Shown: piece after piece, positions 61,401 to 64,000 of the stretch
How the letters are laid out: every line of letters begins with the position of its first letter
Position numbering within the stretch: the stretch's first letter is position 1
The notes under the pieces: generated by a model
What the model was told of the DNA's origin: nothing
Seen by the model: only the letters and a program-made list of their open reading frames with translations
Database searches by the model: none
Assembly (NCBI GenBank): GCA_965112735.1
Contig: OZ218963.1
Coordinates: forward strand, 2,232,001 to 2,296,000
Source of the DNA: Phaeosaccion multiseriatum
Taxonomy: Eukaryota; Protista; Ochrophyta, other classes
Direction: 5' to 3'
DNA length: 64,000 nt
Made by a program: the position numbers and the translations under genes

Positions 61401-62520
61401 AGCAGACGGGGGGGGGATAGAGAGACGGAAGCTGATTAGGGAGGGGAGGATTGCGTAAGGTGTCCTTCCTGTCTGATATTCGCTTTTTCACATCTCTCTC
61501 CGGCTTTGATCTGTTCTGATGCAATGTTCTATTCTGTGTAGCCCTTACGCTCGCGGCCACCTTCACTTCCACCTCCTCACGCCTTGCTGCGTGTTTTGTT
61601 TGCTCTTCTCCTCTGTCTGCCCCGTCGCCTTCCTTTCCCTCTCCTCCCCCCAAGACGGCCTTTGATCGAGTGGTAGGCTCGATGGAGAACGAGTTGGGAA
61701 GCACCGCATCGCAGAGGAAGAGCTTCACCATCATGTTGACCTCAATCTTCTTCGCCTTTGACCGGGATGAGAGCATGACGGTGGACGTGAGCGAGCTCGC
61801 CGCCGGATTCAGTAAGTAGTATGAATTAATGAAAAGGGGGCAGGGGGCTGGTCATTGACTTGCTTTTCACTTCGCCTCACCCCCCACAAAGAACCAGTCA
61901 CGCAATTTTTCCCCTTGCTCCATCCCCGGTGCATTCCCATCTGTCTATAGCCCCATGTCTCCGCCCATATATATATGTATGTATGTAAGGGTTAGTATAT
62001 ATATAAATTTATACCTCGTTTGTTTTTACCCCCATAACAATGGCAGGAGGTCGCTTTTCTTCCCAACCTCTGGTGCGCTGAAAGTGTATATACTCTCACA
62101 GACTCGCCCTTGCTCTTGCCCGTGCTCTTGCCCTTGTCCTGCTCACTCACCGAACACACAACAGGTGTGCTGTGCGCCGGCAGCAAGTCTGCAAAGCTGG
62201 CCTTCGCTTTTGACCTCCTCGACGACGACGGCGATGGCATGCTCACCAGGAGAGGGCTGTGGCGCTTCATTCGCTCCTTTCTGACGGTACTCATGGCTCT
62301 CTCTTTCGCCTCCAGCGACCTCACCGCTGGTCAGCTCACGCGAGCTGTGGACGACGGGGCCGTGTGGACTAGTTCAAGAGTATTCGCCGAGACGGACACG
62401 TTGTTGGTGGCCAACAAGATTAGCTTCGAAGAGTTTGCCTCCTGGTACACCAACGTTGGCTACGAGAGCAGCGCTTGGATCGAGCTCCTTTCCATTCCCA
62501 AGTGGGGCGGTACCTTCTAA
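54960..62520 (+). CDS. Multi-exon protein with four repeats of a calcineurin-B/NCS-like EF-hand module
   Basis: Each repeat has F(Y/F)AFDxDxxxxVDxxELxxG(L/F)SxLCxGxKSxKLxxAF. EF loops include DTWGRGLINALE and DDDGDGMLTRRG. Each repeat ends WYxxGG..WLELLDLxK(W/F), at ~56480, 58235, 60770 and 62443. About 15 GT-AG exons. Confidence 0.82.
59846..60560. repeat. ~21-bp G-rich minisatellite (GGTAGGTTAGCTTGGGGGGTGT) with an inverted internal block
   Basis: About 30 units. Units at ~59875-60018 are reverse-complemented (CCCCAAGCTAACCTACCAC). Lies in intron ~59837-60770. Confidence 0.95.
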
Positions 62521-63052
62521 ATCAATACACCTGTGAGCTACGATCTCTTTCTCACTCTCCCGTTGTTGTCCTCCTCTGCCGTGGCCGGACGAGAGAGTGC
62601 GAAAGGGATGGGGATGGGGGAATAGGAGTTGCTACAGTAACGCTTTATTTGATTATGATACAAGGGTTTATCCATTACCAAAAATACAAGGGCTTTGTCT
62701 CACTCGCACCAGCTTACGCTGTCCACCTGTCTGCACTCTCTCTCTCTCTCAATCATGTCGACTCCGATGCAGGTAGTGACCAGACGGTAATTGCAAGGTG
62801 AGGACGCAATCAAAAAAGCATAATCACCGCCATTTCTACTCTACTCCTGACCTCCCACAGGCATAACCGATGTACAAAAATGATGGGAGCTGATGATGCT
62901 GCGCAGCGGCGACGGAACTGCTTCTCGTCCTGTCAGTCAGTCAGTCTGACCACACCACACGGCTCCCAGAGGAGAGCCTGCTGCCCACTTGCCGCTGCTT
63001 TTGCAAAGCTCGTTCGTTTGCGCTCAGTCCCCAACCAGTCCCCTCCCCTGCC

Positions 63053-64000
63053 TCAGCAGAAGAGAGCCACGAAGACAGTGATGTCGTCCGTGCTACCGGA
63101 GCGGATAGCCAAGCGCACGAGTTCATGCGCCACATTGACCTTGGCGGGGTTCTTGTGATAGGCTGCAATCTTCTTCCTGCAATACTGCACAATGTCGCTC
63201 TTGCTGCACACGTCCCACAGTCCGTCACTGGCAAAGACAACAAAGCCCTCCTCTGGTCTTTGCGACCTCCCCCGCACACTCACGTCCAGCCCCAGTCTAG
63301 ACTTGACCATTCGACTGCGCACGGAATCGTCCAAGGCATGGGGGCCGGGCGATGACCCTGCACCGCCACCGGAAATGGTTCTCCGCAATCCCCTTATGCT
63401 TCTAGATAGGGAGTCGCCCACGGAGTGTACCCGATGCATTTTTGATGATCTCTTCTTGGAGCTGGAGGAAGAGGTTGACGTATCGAGCAGCGGGTCGGTG
63501 GGCGGGGGCGGGGCAGGTAATCCCTTGGCCGACTCGTTCAAATCACTAGCATCAAGACCCTCCTCCTCCTCCTCCTCCTCCTCCTCCTCCTCCTCCCTGC
63601 CCATCGTGGCTCCCGACACGCTCAAGTCAAGTCCTGTGCCTACCATGACACCCGAGTCCACCGTGTGCTCGCTGCAGTCCCCAGCTGCAGCACCACTGCG
63701 GGGAGGGGGCGGTGGAAGCCAGAGTGATTTTGCTGCTGGCGCCGTGGTGGATGGTGCAACATGTGGGGACAATGATGCAGCTGTTGCTGTTTCTGCTGCT
63801 GTTCCTGCTGTTGTTTCTGCCGCGGTATCTGCTGCGGTATCTGCTGTTTCTGCTGCTGTTCTTGCTGAGGTATCAGCTGCGGAATCTGCTGGAGCATCTG
63901 CTGTTTCTGTTGCAGTAACTGCTGCGGTATCTGGCAGGGAGGGTAGCTTTGACGTCCCTTTCGAAGCCGATGCGTCCTTGTCCTGAATATCGAATCCCAC
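63053..64000 (-). CDS. PP2C/PPM family protein phosphatase, 3' part (5'-truncated)
   Basis: FVVFASDGLWDV and LVRLAIRSGSTDDITVFV are the C-terminal PP2C metal-binding motifs. Confidence 0.85.
   Translation of the reverse strand: MGFDIQDKDASASKGTSKLPSLPDTAAVTATETADAPADSAADTSARTAAETADTAADTAAETTAGTAAETATAASLSPHVAPSTTAPAAKSLWLPPPPPRSGAAAGDCSEHTVDSGVMVGTGLDLSVSGATMGREEEEEEEEEEEEGLDASDLNESAKGLPAPPPPTDPLLDTSTSSSSSKKRSSKMHRVHSVGDSLSRSIRGLRRTISGGGAGSSPGPHALDDSVRSRMVKSRLGLDVSVRGRSQRPEEGFVVFASDGLWDVCSKSDIVQYCRKKIAAYHKNPAKVNVAHELVRLAIRSGSTDDITVFVALFC

Overview
This window is GC-rich, intron-rich eukaryotic nuclear DNA. It most likely comes from a photosynthetic stramenopile (ochrophyte), inferred from a signal peptide + AF-type plastid presequence, GT-AG introns and many microsatellites. 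Eleven protein-coding genes are supported, in order: (1) a 5'-truncated KA1-like/ARM-repeat protein; (2) PLAA/DOA1; (3) a dual FKBP-TPR-cyclophilin immunophilin (FCBP); (4) a BAG6-like ubiquitin-domain protein with a Tudor/MBT-like module; (5) an unknown low-complexity protein; (6) a 31.6-kb, 19-exon midasin (MDN1/Rea1, ~7,700 aa by manual splicing); (7) NDUFA13/GRIM-19; (8) a plastid-targeted HAD-like protein with a degenerate active site; (9) a bHLH factor; (10) a four-repeat EF-hand protein; (11) the 3' part of a PP2C phosphatase. The main discovery is that the midasin introns carry an array of snoRNA-like genes on the host strand, about one per long intron. Eight are well-formed box C/D RNAs with terminal stems and rRNA antisense guides. 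They include a SNORD32-like dual guide with swapped arms and a duplicated atypical ~150-nt RNA complementary to both strands of 18S helix 34. There are also a further long C/D candidate and H/ACA-like candidates. A G-rich 21-bp minisatellite with an internal inversion lies in an intron at ~59.85-60.56 kb. All exon coordinates and RNA pairings were derived by eye. rRNA target sequences and snoRNA orthologue assignments come from memory of conserved eukaryotic rRNA and were not searched.
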